From an uncultured Gammaproteobacteria bacterium (lineage in GTDB: Bacteria > Pseudomonadota > Gammaproteobacteria > Eutrophobiales > Eutrophobiaceae): 64,000 nt of DNA. Where the stretch lies: positions 2,250 through 66,249 of the forward strand of contig CALSOP010000003.1 in NCBI GenBank assembly GCA_943788005.1. The letters are read 5' to 3'. This document shows positions 39,069 through 47,375 of this stretch, piece by piece (positions within the stretch are counted from its first letter, which is position 1; each line of letters starts with the position of its first letter). The notes under the pieces are model-generated. The model was not told the DNA's origin, did not search any database, and was given only the letters and a program-made list of their open reading frames with translations. The translations under genes and the position numbers were made by a program.

Positions 39069-41402
39069 TTATTCCTCGACCAAGACAACCGTCTTAACGT
39101 CTGGCATTTGACTTAAGTCCATATGATGCTTAGCACCAAATGCAGGAACACCCAATTCTTTCTCTGTTACTAACCAATCACTTGGCAGGCTCCAGAATGC
39201 TCGGAACTTATCCAGAAAAGGCTGTGACAACTCAAAAGATGACGCAAACATTTGTTGAACTTGAACTGATGCTTTCTTATCAAGGATGTTTTGGCGTTCG
39301 CCTTTCATCCATTCTTTGACAGGAGTACCACGAGAAAGACGCTCTTTGCGCATTTCTGCTTGGCGAGCTCTAGTCGCATCAGCATCAACAGTGTAATAAC
39401 CTTCAGCATCCTTCGTGAACTTAGCACCATAGATTTTGATTGCGTATTCTTCTAGAAGAACAACATCATTCAAATCTTTCTCAATATTTTCTATGGTACG
39501 GTCTAATGGATCACCAAAACCTGGGCCACCACGGAGGTAGTTCAAGTAAAGATCGCCGTTCTCGAAAATTGCTTCAGTCGTAATACATTGACTATCACGT
39601 TTAACGATTGCACCTGGCTCCAGATGATTCTCATAATCTGGTTCGTCAGGATTCCAATCATGGCCCATTGGCAATGATTTACCTTCAGCAATACGCTTAT
39701 GTAAGCCAGTATTGTGAGCTTCAAAACGATAACCGGTTGCTGATGGATAACCACCATGTAGACCCCAGTCACTGTTCATGTAGCCGTTACCCATGAAGAA
39801 CATACACCAGTCAGCAGAGTTATGTACCATACGCAGGGTTTCAAAACCCATACCGCCACGATACTTACCATAGCCACCCGTGTTAGATTTGATTGCACGA
39901 CCCATATACAGTAATGGTTCTGCTAATTCCCAAATCTCACAGTCACCCATGTCGCCTTCTGGATTCCAGATAGCAGCTGCATGGTTAAGACCATCTTTCA
40001 TAGCACAAGCGCCGGTACCACAAGCTGCAGTTTCGAAGCTATTCACAGCGTGAATTTCTTCTTCCTGGTTGAAACCACCACCCTGCATCCAGTTACATGG
40101 ATTAGAGTTACCAGCGTTCACTTCTTCTAGATAACCGCGTGAGAAATAACCACGGCTAACTGCTCTCCATAAAGAGCTCCAAGAAGATACCAAGAAATGC
40201 CAAGCATCAGCATGTGCAGTTCGTCGATCGTTTGGATTAGTCCAGGTACCTTTAGGTAGACGGAATTCAGAAGCGAAGAGTGAGCCATCATTAATACGTT
40301 CTGTTGGTACAACAGTCTGCGTCATCATCACCCAGATACCACTAGTAAATGCGGTTGGGTTTGCGTTATACGTATGCCAACCCCAACGACTACAGCCTTC
40401 AAAATCAAGACGCCATGTCGCTTCAGGTTTAACAGTAATGGTACAAGGTGCGTGCATGATGGTGTCGACCTTTGCAAATGGAGATGGCACATGTACATCT
40501 TCATGCATGTAAGGTACGTCAACAAACGCAACGGTATTGTACTTACCAGGGATAAGAATATCGTTGATACGTTTAACGAGACCACGACGACCATCTTCGA
40601 TGATTTCAGAGGTGAACTGTAAGAAGGTTTCAACACCCACATCAGCAATCACTTCTTCGACGATATCACGAATCATATGGTCACCAGCAATACGAGTTCT
40701 TTCATCAAGAATCCAGTATTTTGGAGTACGTACATTTCGCTGTACTTCATGCTGCCAGTCACGCATAGGCTTATCATTGATACCCGTTTTACGACAGGTG
40801 ATTTGAACACCATCACCAAAACGTTGTACTTGACCGTTTGACATAGAGCCTGGGCCAGCAGCACCGGTATCGATTACGTGAGTCACACCACCAACCCAAG
40901 CTACCAATTTACCTTCATGGAAGATAGGTACGATAGTCGCGATATCACAAGGGTGTACGTTACCGATTTGGCAATCGTTGTTGGTGAACATATCACCAGG
41001 GTTGACTGTAGGATCTTCTTCCCAGTTATTTTCAATCATGTACTTGATGCACATTCCCATCGTGCCCACGTGAATGATGATACCTGTAGAAGTACAGACA
41101 CAATCACCAGCGGTGTTGTACAGAGTGAAACAAAGCTCACCTTCTTGCTCAACGATAGGCGATGCAGCGATCTTTTTAGCCGTTTCACGTGCGTTTACAA
41201 CACCTGCACGTAATTTAGAAAATATCTTCTCGAAAGTAATCGGGTCTGATTTCTTCAGTTTAAGCTCTTTCAAACCGTCATAATGCCCGGTTTCTTTTGA
41301 TGTGTTGTACATATCAGCACGATTCTGCGCAAGGGTCTTACCGTTATATAAGATAGACTTTCTTGTTGTAGAACCACCTGATATTGATTCTGGTTTATTC
41401 AT
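39069..41402 (-). CDS. acxB: Acetone carboxylase alpha subunit (hydantoinase B family)
   Basis: 777 aa, the size of a hydantoinase_B/oxoprolinase-family protein. Sits between the 712-aa hydantoinase-A-type gene and the gamma subunit gene. Confidence 0.85.
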   Translation of the reverse strand: MNKPESISGGSTTRKSILYNGKTLAQNRADMYNTSKETGHYDGLKELKLKKSDPITFEKIFSKLRAGVVNARETAKKIAASPIVEQEGELCFTLYNTAGDCVCTSTGIIIHVGTMGMCIKYMIENNWEEDPTVNPGDMFTNNDCQIGNVHPCDIATIVPIFHEGKLVAWVGGVTHVIDTGAAGPGSMSNGQVQRFGDGVQITCRKTGINDKPMRDWQHEVQRNVRTPKYWILDERTRIAGDHMIRDIVEEVIADVGVETFLQFTSEIIEDGRRGLVKRINDILIPGKYNTVAFVDVPYMHEDVHVPSPFAKVDTIMHAPCTITVKPEATWRLDFEGCSRWGWHTYNANPTAFTSGIWVMMTQTVVPTERINDGSLFASEFRLPKGTWTNPNDRRTAHADAWHFLVSSWSSLWRAVSRGYFSRGYLEEVNAGNSNPCNWMQGGGFNQEEEIHAVNSFETAACGTGACAMKDGLNHAAAIWNPEGDMGDCEIWELAEPLLYMGRAIKSNTGGYGKYRGGMGFETLRMVHNSADWCMFFMGNGYMNSDWGLHGGYPSATGYRFEAHNTGLHKRIAEGKSLPMGHDWNPDEPDYENHLEPGAIVKRDSQCITTEAIFENGDLYLNYLRGGPGFGDPLDRTIENIEKDLNDVVLLEEYAIKIYGAKFTKDAEGYYTVDADATRARQAEMRKERLSRGTPVKEWMKGERQNILDKKASVQVQQMFASSFELSQPFLDKFRAFWSLPSDWLVTEKELGVPAFGAKHHMDLSQMPDVKTVVLVEE

Positions 41403-41449
41403 ATTTTATTCCTCTTTCTTAAATCAATGTTAAGTATTAAAACTTGAAC

Positions 41450-43588
41450 CTATACTTCGATCAGATGGAAAAGTCTGTGCTCATCCATAAATGTTTCGAA
41501 ACCAGGCGGTACCACAAAGGTTGTAGCATCGGACTCAATAACACAGGGTCCAGGCATTTTATTTCCAGGCATAATTGCTTCCATCAGAAACAAATCAGCT
41601 TCATGCCATTCTTTCTTGAAATAGAACTTACGTTTACCCAAGTTAGCTTCAGCAGAAGGTGTAGGTCCTGCATCAGGCTGAGAAGGAATAGCCGGTTTCA
41701 TAACTTCAACCGTGCCATGCATGATCGCAGTCGTAACACCGTAGCCTAACTCAGGTGATTGTGCCGCTGTTGCATACACACGACCAAAGGTTTCTTCGAA
41801 AGCATCCGTTAGAGAAGGCCAATCTTTAGCTCCACTGACTTTTTTCTGTGGTGATACAATTTCAAGGTCGTTCAACTGCCCCATGTATTGCATACTAAAA
41901 CCAGGAACAAGCGTTACTTGATCTGCGCCATAGCCATTAATCTTAAATTCTTCAAGAACCTTAACTGACAATTCGTCCCAAGCCGCCTGTAAAGTATTAC
42001 AAGCTTCATCTTTCGCAGCGTCTTCACTATCTGGTGGCATTGCAATATCGACACTCATGTCATAACGATATTCAAATTCTGCAGCCGCACAACCAAATGC
42101 TGAGAAACCAGCTGCCCATGCAGGTACGATTGTTTCTTGGAAGCCTAAACCTTGTGTATAACCATAAGCGTGTACTGGACCAGCACCACCGTAGGAGAAA
42201 CAAACAAAGTCAGTCGGGGTATAACCTTTACTTGAGATCATATCACCAAGATGTTGTTTTAGAGAGGCATCAAGCAACTCGATAACACCAGCAGAGGCGT
42301 CTTCAACAGTCATGCCTAATTTATCTGCAATTTGGTCTTTAATACACTGACGTGCTTTATCAACATTAAGTTCTAATGCACCGCCCAAGAAATTGTCAGG
42401 GTTTAAATAACCCAGCATAAGGTGACAATCGGTTACAGAAACCGTTTCAACACCACCCTCTTCCCAACAAGTACCTACGCGGTAACCAGCACTGTCTGGT
42501 CCAAGCTTAATAGCGTCTGAGTATGGGTCAATACGGACATAACTACCTGCGCCTGCACCAACGGTATCCATGCCTACTAGTGGCAATGATAATACCAAAC
42601 GGGCCATATCTTTATCTCGGCCAATTGCAAAGGCACCCTTTACAATTAATGCCATATCGAAGCTTGTTCCACCGATATCTGAACAAGCAATGTTTTCATA
42701 ACCAAGTTGCTTACCAAGATAAGCTGAACCGATTACACCACCGATTGGGCCAGAAACTAGCGTACGAGCCAATTCTTTTGCTTTCCAGCTGATAGTACCA
42801 CCGTGACTCGCCATTACGCGGACATCAAATTTACCACCTAGACCTGCCATTTTGTCGCTTAGGTTCTTCAACGTGATACGTGAAGGCTCAGCAGCATAGG
42901 CTTCGAGGATTGTGGTGTTGGTACGATGGCTTTCTTTACGACTTGGATAATAGTCACAAGATGCAAATACAGGAATGTCTTTACCTGAGGCTTTAACTTC
43001 TGCAATGACAGCATCTCTAACAGCTTCTTCATGTGAGTGATTAGCATGTGAGTTTAAGAAGCTGATTACAATAGCTTTAATATCTGTTGCTAGTAATTCT
43101 TGTGCCGCTATAACTGCTTCTTCAACACGTACTGGAATCACGACAGTGCCTTGGCAATCGATACGCTCGGTAACACCACGAGTATCTTGAATAGCAACCA
43201 ATGGATCATCATAGCGATGCGAATTCAAATGAAGACGATCTTCGAACGCGTATCCAAGATAACATTGTAGAGCACGGCCCATACGATGGTTATCTTCAAA
43301 ACCTCTACTACAAATCAATGCGGTACGGATACCTGTACGTGAGACCACTCTGTTCAGCATAGCTGTACCAGAATATACACATGTGGACATTTGTCCGTAG
43401 ACTTCTTCAAGACCACGACCTGACCCTTCAAGGGCGTCCTTACTTGAATCAACAACGGCTGTAGCTTCATCAATACTACTTTGCGCCTTGCCTACAATGA
43501 ATTGGCCATCGGCCGCGACGAAAAAAGTATCTGTCATGGTGCCGCCGGCATCAATTCCCAGTACTTCTATAGGATTATCTGAACTCAA
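41450..43588 (-). CDS. acxA: Acetone carboxylase beta subunit (hydantoinase A family, ATP-binding)
   Basis: 712 aa with an N-terminal GIDAGGTMTDTF actin-fold ATPase motif. First gene of the acxABC-ordered operon. Confidence 0.85.
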   Translation of the reverse strand: MSSDNPIEVLGIDAGGTMTDTFFVAADGQFIVGKAQSSIDEATAVVDSSKDALEGSGRGLEEVYGQMSTCVYSGTAMLNRVVSRTGIRTALICSRGFEDNHRMGRALQCYLGYAFEDRLHLNSHRYDDPLVAIQDTRGVTERIDCQGTVVIPVRVEEAVIAAQELLATDIKAIVISFLNSHANHSHEEAVRDAVIAEVKASGKDIPVFASCDYYPSRKESHRTNTTILEAYAAEPSRITLKNLSDKMAGLGGKFDVRVMASHGGTISWKAKELARTLVSGPIGGVIGSAYLGKQLGYENIACSDIGGTSFDMALIVKGAFAIGRDKDMARLVLSLPLVGMDTVGAGAGSYVRIDPYSDAIKLGPDSAGYRVGTCWEEGGVETVSVTDCHLMLGYLNPDNFLGGALELNVDKARQCIKDQIADKLGMTVEDASAGVIELLDASLKQHLGDMISSKGYTPTDFVCFSYGGAGPVHAYGYTQGLGFQETIVPAWAAGFSAFGCAAAEFEYRYDMSVDIAMPPDSEDAAKDEACNTLQAAWDELSVKVLEEFKINGYGADQVTLVPGFSMQYMGQLNDLEIVSPQKKVSGAKDWPSLTDAFEETFGRVYATAAQSPELGYGVTTAIMHGTVEVMKPAIPSQPDAGPTPSAEANLGKRKFYFKKEWHEADLFLMEAIMPGNKMPGPCVIESDATTFVVPPGFETFMDEHRLFHLIEV

Positions 43589-43669
43589 AATTTCTTCCTC
43601 CTAGAAATTGGTTTGTAAGCCGCCTTGGCAAACAAACCAGATTATTTATTATGTTTCCGCGCTTATATG

Positions 43670-43687
43670 AGCAAGAGTTGTGCCTAA
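43670..43687 (-). promoter_or_regulatory. Sigma-54 promoter for acxABC: AGGCAC-AACTC-TTGCT (minus strand)
   Basis: Reverse complement of plus-strand 43671-43686 (gcaagagttgtgccta). GG and GC elements are correctly spaced, ~85 nt upstream of ATG 43588. Confidence 0.65.
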
Positions 43688-44102
43688 ATTATAAAACACC
43701 ATCACCACAGCTTATGTGATTGTATTTTATAGCAATATTTAGAACGTTTGCTTGTCATAGCGAAGTAAATAAGCGTATGATTTTCGTCCGTTCGGTCGAA
43801 CAACGGTCAAATATTAGCCTAAAGAACAATAATTTTTATGAACTTGATTTCGTAAAACTTGAGATAGGCTACTCTGCGCTATTTTGCAGGTAAAATAGAT
43901 GACAAATCTAGTATTCATCATACGAAAAGAAGTTATGATGCAATGGTTCAAATCAAACTCTACCGATTGGAATAAAAAAGGCATTGAAATAATATTATCT
44001 AGTCTTTATTGTTATCTTGAATACCTATTCAATAATGATTTTCAATAATAATTATAAAAGTACGAGTCTTCACTACAATTACCAAGGTCACCTGAATCAG
44101 CC

Positions 44103-44801
44103 ATGCTCACAAAAACCTATAAATCTCGATTAATATTACAATGGACTATCTATGCTGGCGTTATGATATTTCTACTTTGGTTCAGTTGGCAGCTTCACAT
44201 CCTGATCCAAATATTTATCAATGACCCAACAAAAATCACATTTCTGATCGCTTTATTTTTTATAGGCGGGACCATTCATTGCGGAATACGGGCAAATTAT
44301 TTATCCAACCAACTCAACGCTATTGCAGATATAGAAGGCAAAATAATATCCTGGGAAAGCGATGATTCACTGCCCTCTCAATTCTTAAAAACAATTACGA
44401 AGAGTCTGGAAGGGCAAACATTGAATGGCGAACAGTCTGCTGATAACGCTTTACTCGCGGATGTATTTGCAGATCAAGCGCACGCTCAGCACGAGATAGG
44501 TTGGTTTTTTACCAGTTTGTTGGTGAAGTTGGGTTTATTAGGTACTGTGATTGGTTTTGTACTCATGCTCGGTCCGCTATCTACACTAAAATCTTTTGAT
44601 ATTGCCGATGTTCAAGGCATTCTCACTTCTATGACTGCAGGTATGGGGGTAGCCCTCAATACAACTTTGGTTGGCTTATTGGGAAGTATGTTACTCAGTT
44701 TTCAATATTTACTATTAGATCGAGGCGCTGACGAAGTCGTAGCGAGAACTGTGCATTACATGGAGACTGAACTAATACCCGAGCAACACAAAAAGGCTTA
44801 A
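44103..44801 (+). CDS. MotA/TolQ/ExbB-family proton-channel protein (orphan type)
   Basis: 232 aa with 3 TM helices. LGLLGTVIGF ... GMGVALNTTLVGLLGSMLLSF matches the TM2/TM3 signature seen in the two ExbB-family proteins at 57529-59383. Confidence 0.75.
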   Translation: MLTKTYKSRLILQWTIYAGVMIFLLWFSWQLHILIQIFINDPTKITFLIALFFIGGTIHCGIRANYLSNQLNAIADIEGKIISWESDDSLPSQFLKTITKSLEGQTLNGEQSADNALLADVFADQAHAQHEIGWFFTSLLVKLGLLGTVIGFVLMLGPLSTLKSFDIADVQGILTSMTAGMGVALNTTLVGLLGSMLLSFQYLLLDRGADEVVARTVHYMETELIPEQHKKA

Positions 44802-44804
44802 TTA

Positions 44805-45413
44805 ATGGGTATTAGACGTTCAACTCGACAATTCGAGCAAGATCCGTTTACTGATCTGTTATTTAATTCATTATTAGCATTCACCTTGCTATTTTTGATC
44901 ACGATCTTATTTTTAAACCCACCGGCTAAGAAGGGTATTATTGATCCCAAAGCTGAGTTTATTGTTACAATCAAATGGGACGACAGTAGTCCAGATGATG
45001 TGGATACTTGGGTCAAAGGCCCCAAAGGTGGCGTAGTTTGGTTTCGAAATTCTGAGGTTGGATTAATCCATCTCGACCGTGATGATCGTGGTATTGCTAA
45101 AGATAGTATTATAGTTAATGGCGTTGAAATTATTAATCCTCTAAATCAGGAAGTAGTTACCATCCGCGGCAATGTACCAGGAGAATATATATTTAATGTC
45201 CATTACTACAACAGTAAGTCGTTAAGACAAGCAAATGTTGAGGTCCGTGCCGTAAAAGTAAACCCACAGTTAGAAGTGGTTTATTACGGAACACTAATAT
45301 TAGAAAATAAAGGCGATGAAAAAACAGCAGTGCGTTTCACCATTGATGCAGATGGAAACGTTACTAATGTTAATACATTATTTAAATCCATTGTTGAGGT
45401 TAACAAATTATGA
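44805..45413 (+). CDS. Bitopic membrane protein with ExbD/TolR-like N-terminal anchor and a novel ~150-aa periplasmic domain
   Basis: 202 aa. DPFTDLLFNSLLAFTLLFLITILFL resembles the ExbD anchor (NLTPLIDMVFILLIFFLV at 59386-59790), including the Asp. The remainder is beta-rich and I do not recognise it. Starts 3 nt after the upstream stop. Confidence 0.55.
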   Translation: MGIRRSTRQFEQDPFTDLLFNSLLAFTLLFLITILFLNPPAKKGIIDPKAEFIVTIKWDDSSPDDVDTWVKGPKGGVVWFRNSEVGLIHLDRDDRGIAKDSIIVNGVEIINPLNQEVVTIRGNVPGEYIFNVHYYNSKSLRQANVEVRAVKVNPQLEVVYYGTLILENKGDEKTAVRFTIDADGNVTNVNTLFKSIVEVNKL

Positions 45414-45925
45414 ATCAGGCTGTATTAGGGCTCACACTAACATATGTCGCATTAGCGGCTTTAGTGTTAGCAATATTTTTACTTACGCGTTTACCTGTAT
45501 GGATAAAGTTTGCCTTTATACTTGCTGTCAGTGGATTTTACTACCTCACCTTCTATAGCCTTCAGGGTATGCTCGGTTGGCCTACACAACAAACCCTACC
45601 TGAACAATTTCAATTAATGGCTTCATCTATAACGGAACCCGATGAAGAAGAAGGTACACCCGGTCGCATTCATATATGGGCAACGGCATTTGTTGATAAT
45701 GCTCCGGCTGCCGAGCCACGTGCCTATGAACTGCCATACGATCTTGACTTACACTCAGCGCTAGATGCCGCTTTAAAAGAACAACGACGAGGTAATATAC
45801 AACTAGGCAAAAAAGTAGAAGGCGAAACAACAGATGAGATTGCAAAGGACTTATCAAAATATGGTGAGACACGTGAAGAGATTGAATTTTTTGACCTGCC
45901 TGATCCTGAAGTCCCTGAAAAGTAA
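45410..45925 (+). CDS. Hypothetical membrane protein (2 TM helices, acidic C-terminal tail)
   Basis: 171 aa. ATGA overlap with the upstream gene, two N-terminal hydrophobic helices, and an Asp/Glu-rich tail ending DLPDPEVPEK. Confidence 0.5.
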   Translation: MNQAVLGLTLTYVALAALVLAIFLLTRLPVWIKFAFILAVSGFYYLTFYSLQGMLGWPTQQTLPEQFQLMASSITEPDEEEGTPGRIHIWATAFVDNAPAAEPRAYELPYDLDLHSALDAALKEQRRGNIQLGKKVEGETTDEIAKDLSKYGETREEIEFFDLPDPEVPEK

Positions 45926-45953
45926 CCTCATATAAACACAAGACGTTTTAAAC

Positions 45954-46688
45954 ATGAAAAAAATTAATTGCATACTACTAACCTTGTTACTGGTTTTTTC
46001 GCTAGTCAGTTGTTCTGATAAACCGGTAGGTAGTGAATATTTTCCACTCAATAAAGGCTGGAGTTGGACATACAAATCAACTACAGATTACGACGGTGAA
46101 CTTGAAACTATTAAAACAGAATTAACCATTACTAATTTAGGCATCAAGAAATCAGGTAAAAAATCATTCTTTGTCCGACGAACAAGCTCTAACATTGATT
46201 ATTATCATAACCATGATGAATCAGGTGTTTACCGTGAAGCCTTACGTACTGTGGTTGAATCAAAACCGCGTATGGATAGGGATAAGCGTTACGTGTTAAA
46301 ACTACCTTTAGAGGTTGGTACAGGTTGGCGTGAGATAAGTCGACCATTAATCTTGCTGCGAGTTTACCCTTACCGCGTTCGCGTTGGTAAAGATGCACAG
46401 GTTCCAATAAATTACCAGATAGAATCAATGACTGAAACAGTCACAGTTCCAGCAGGCACATTTGAAAACTGCATTAAAGTTGCCGGAGAAGGTTCTTTTA
46501 CAACCTATACCGATTCAGTAACCGGAGAAAAAGAAATACCCATGTATGTTGAGGAATGGTATGCACCAGGCGTAGGCTTAATCAAACAAATACGTCGTGA
46601 ACTTGATGGTGACATGATTGATATTTTTAATACGCCAATCTTTATAGGCGGAAATACAGTTCTAGAACTGAAATCTTTCAAAAACTAG
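45954..46688 (+). CDS. Hypothetical lipoprotein
   Basis: 244 aa with the lipobox LLVFSLVSC|S and a beta-rich mature region. Last gene of the 4-gene module. Confidence 0.55.
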   Translation: MKKINCILLTLLLVFSLVSCSDKPVGSEYFPLNKGWSWTYKSTTDYDGELETIKTELTITNLGIKKSGKKSFFVRRTSSNIDYYHNHDESGVYREALRTVVESKPRMDRDKRYVLKLPLEVGTGWREISRPLILLRVYPYRVRVGKDAQVPINYQIESMTETVTVPAGTFENCIKVAGEGSFTTYTDSVTGEKEIPMYVEEWYAPGVGLIKQIRRELDGDMIDIFNTPIFIGGNTVLELKSFKN

Positions 46689-46736
46689 ATACTGAGTTTA
46701 TTCTTATTTTTTTATTGCGGGCATAACATTCATAAC

Positions 46737-47048
46737 TCAACCACCGCCCTTCTGGAAAGTTATATCAAACTTTTGTATATACGTTTGCATTTCAATCTTG
46801 CTTAGGTTCATGAACTTGAAGTTCATCGGCGTATGATCAATCTTCATTGAAGCTATCTGTCTAACTTTTTGTTCTTCTAAAGAAATACTTATTTCGCCTT
46901 TTGAGAACGGAAAACTAACTGATGAATTAACTTTATCAAAATTTAAAAGATCACTATTACTTATTGTTTTAGTAATTAATCGATAAAACTCATTATGAGT
47001 CACCGCCATATCTCGTTTCAATTCAATCAAATCCGACATTGCATTCAT
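46737..47048 (-). CDS. Hypothetical small protein ending in Gly-Gly-Gly
   Basis: 103-aa ORF downstream of the MoaD-like gene in the AOR operon, with C-terminus ..TFQKGGG. I recognise no family. Confidence 0.4.
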   Translation of the reverse strand: MNAMSDLIELKRDMAVTHNEFYRLITKTISNSDLLNFDKVNSSVSFPFSKGEISISLEEQKVRQIASMKIDHTPMNFKFMNLSKIEMQTYIQKFDITFQKGGG

Positions 47049-47116
47049 ACCTTACCATTATGGTTTAATGAATCTCATATCTATAATGATAAAACGAGAA
47101 ACAGTTTAGATTTACT

Positions 47117-47368
47117 TTAACCGCCTGCTACAGGGGGCCATACGGCGAGCGTGTCACCGTCGCTAAATGTAGAATTTTCTCTCTCATTAGGGTCAAGATA
47201 AACACCGTTTAGTAACACTAGATGTGCCGACTCTTTAGGAACGTTAAATTTCTCAAGAATTGAATAAGCCGTTTCTGAAGCAGGAACATCTAGTTTTGTA
47301 GCATGTTTTACTGCGTTTTCAGGCAAATACTGACTTAGACCCGCATATAACTTTAATGTGATTTCCAT
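47117..47368 (-). CDS. MoaD/ThiS-family sulfur-carrier-like protein (AorD-like)
   Basis: 83 aa ending WPPVAGG. Starts 8 nt after the upstream oxidoreductase gene. Confidence 0.75.
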   Translation of the reverse strand: MEITLKLYAGLSQYLPENAVKHATKLDVPASETAYSILEKFNVPKESAHLVLLNGVYLDPNERENSTFSDGDTLAVWPPVAGG

Positions 47369-47375
47369 TAACGAG

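Noticed and set aside
39542-41283. Many 60-110-aa ORFs on both strands inside acxB, and similar ORFs inside hrpA, acxA, the ADH, the AOR and the DHPS-like gene.
   Set aside because: They are embedded in, or antisense to, long well-supported genes. They have low-complexity or shadow-frame composition and no RBS, so I treat them as non-coding frame shadows.
43879-43898. Inverted repeat CTATTTT-GCAGGT-AAAATAG ~200 bp upstream of the acx sigma-54 promoter, considered as the AcxR enhancer site.
   Set aside because: The arms are AT-only and could arise by chance in this AT-rich spacer. Only the octamer TGCAAAAT is shared with the 17-bp palindrome. It is mentioned under that finding but is not called as a feature.
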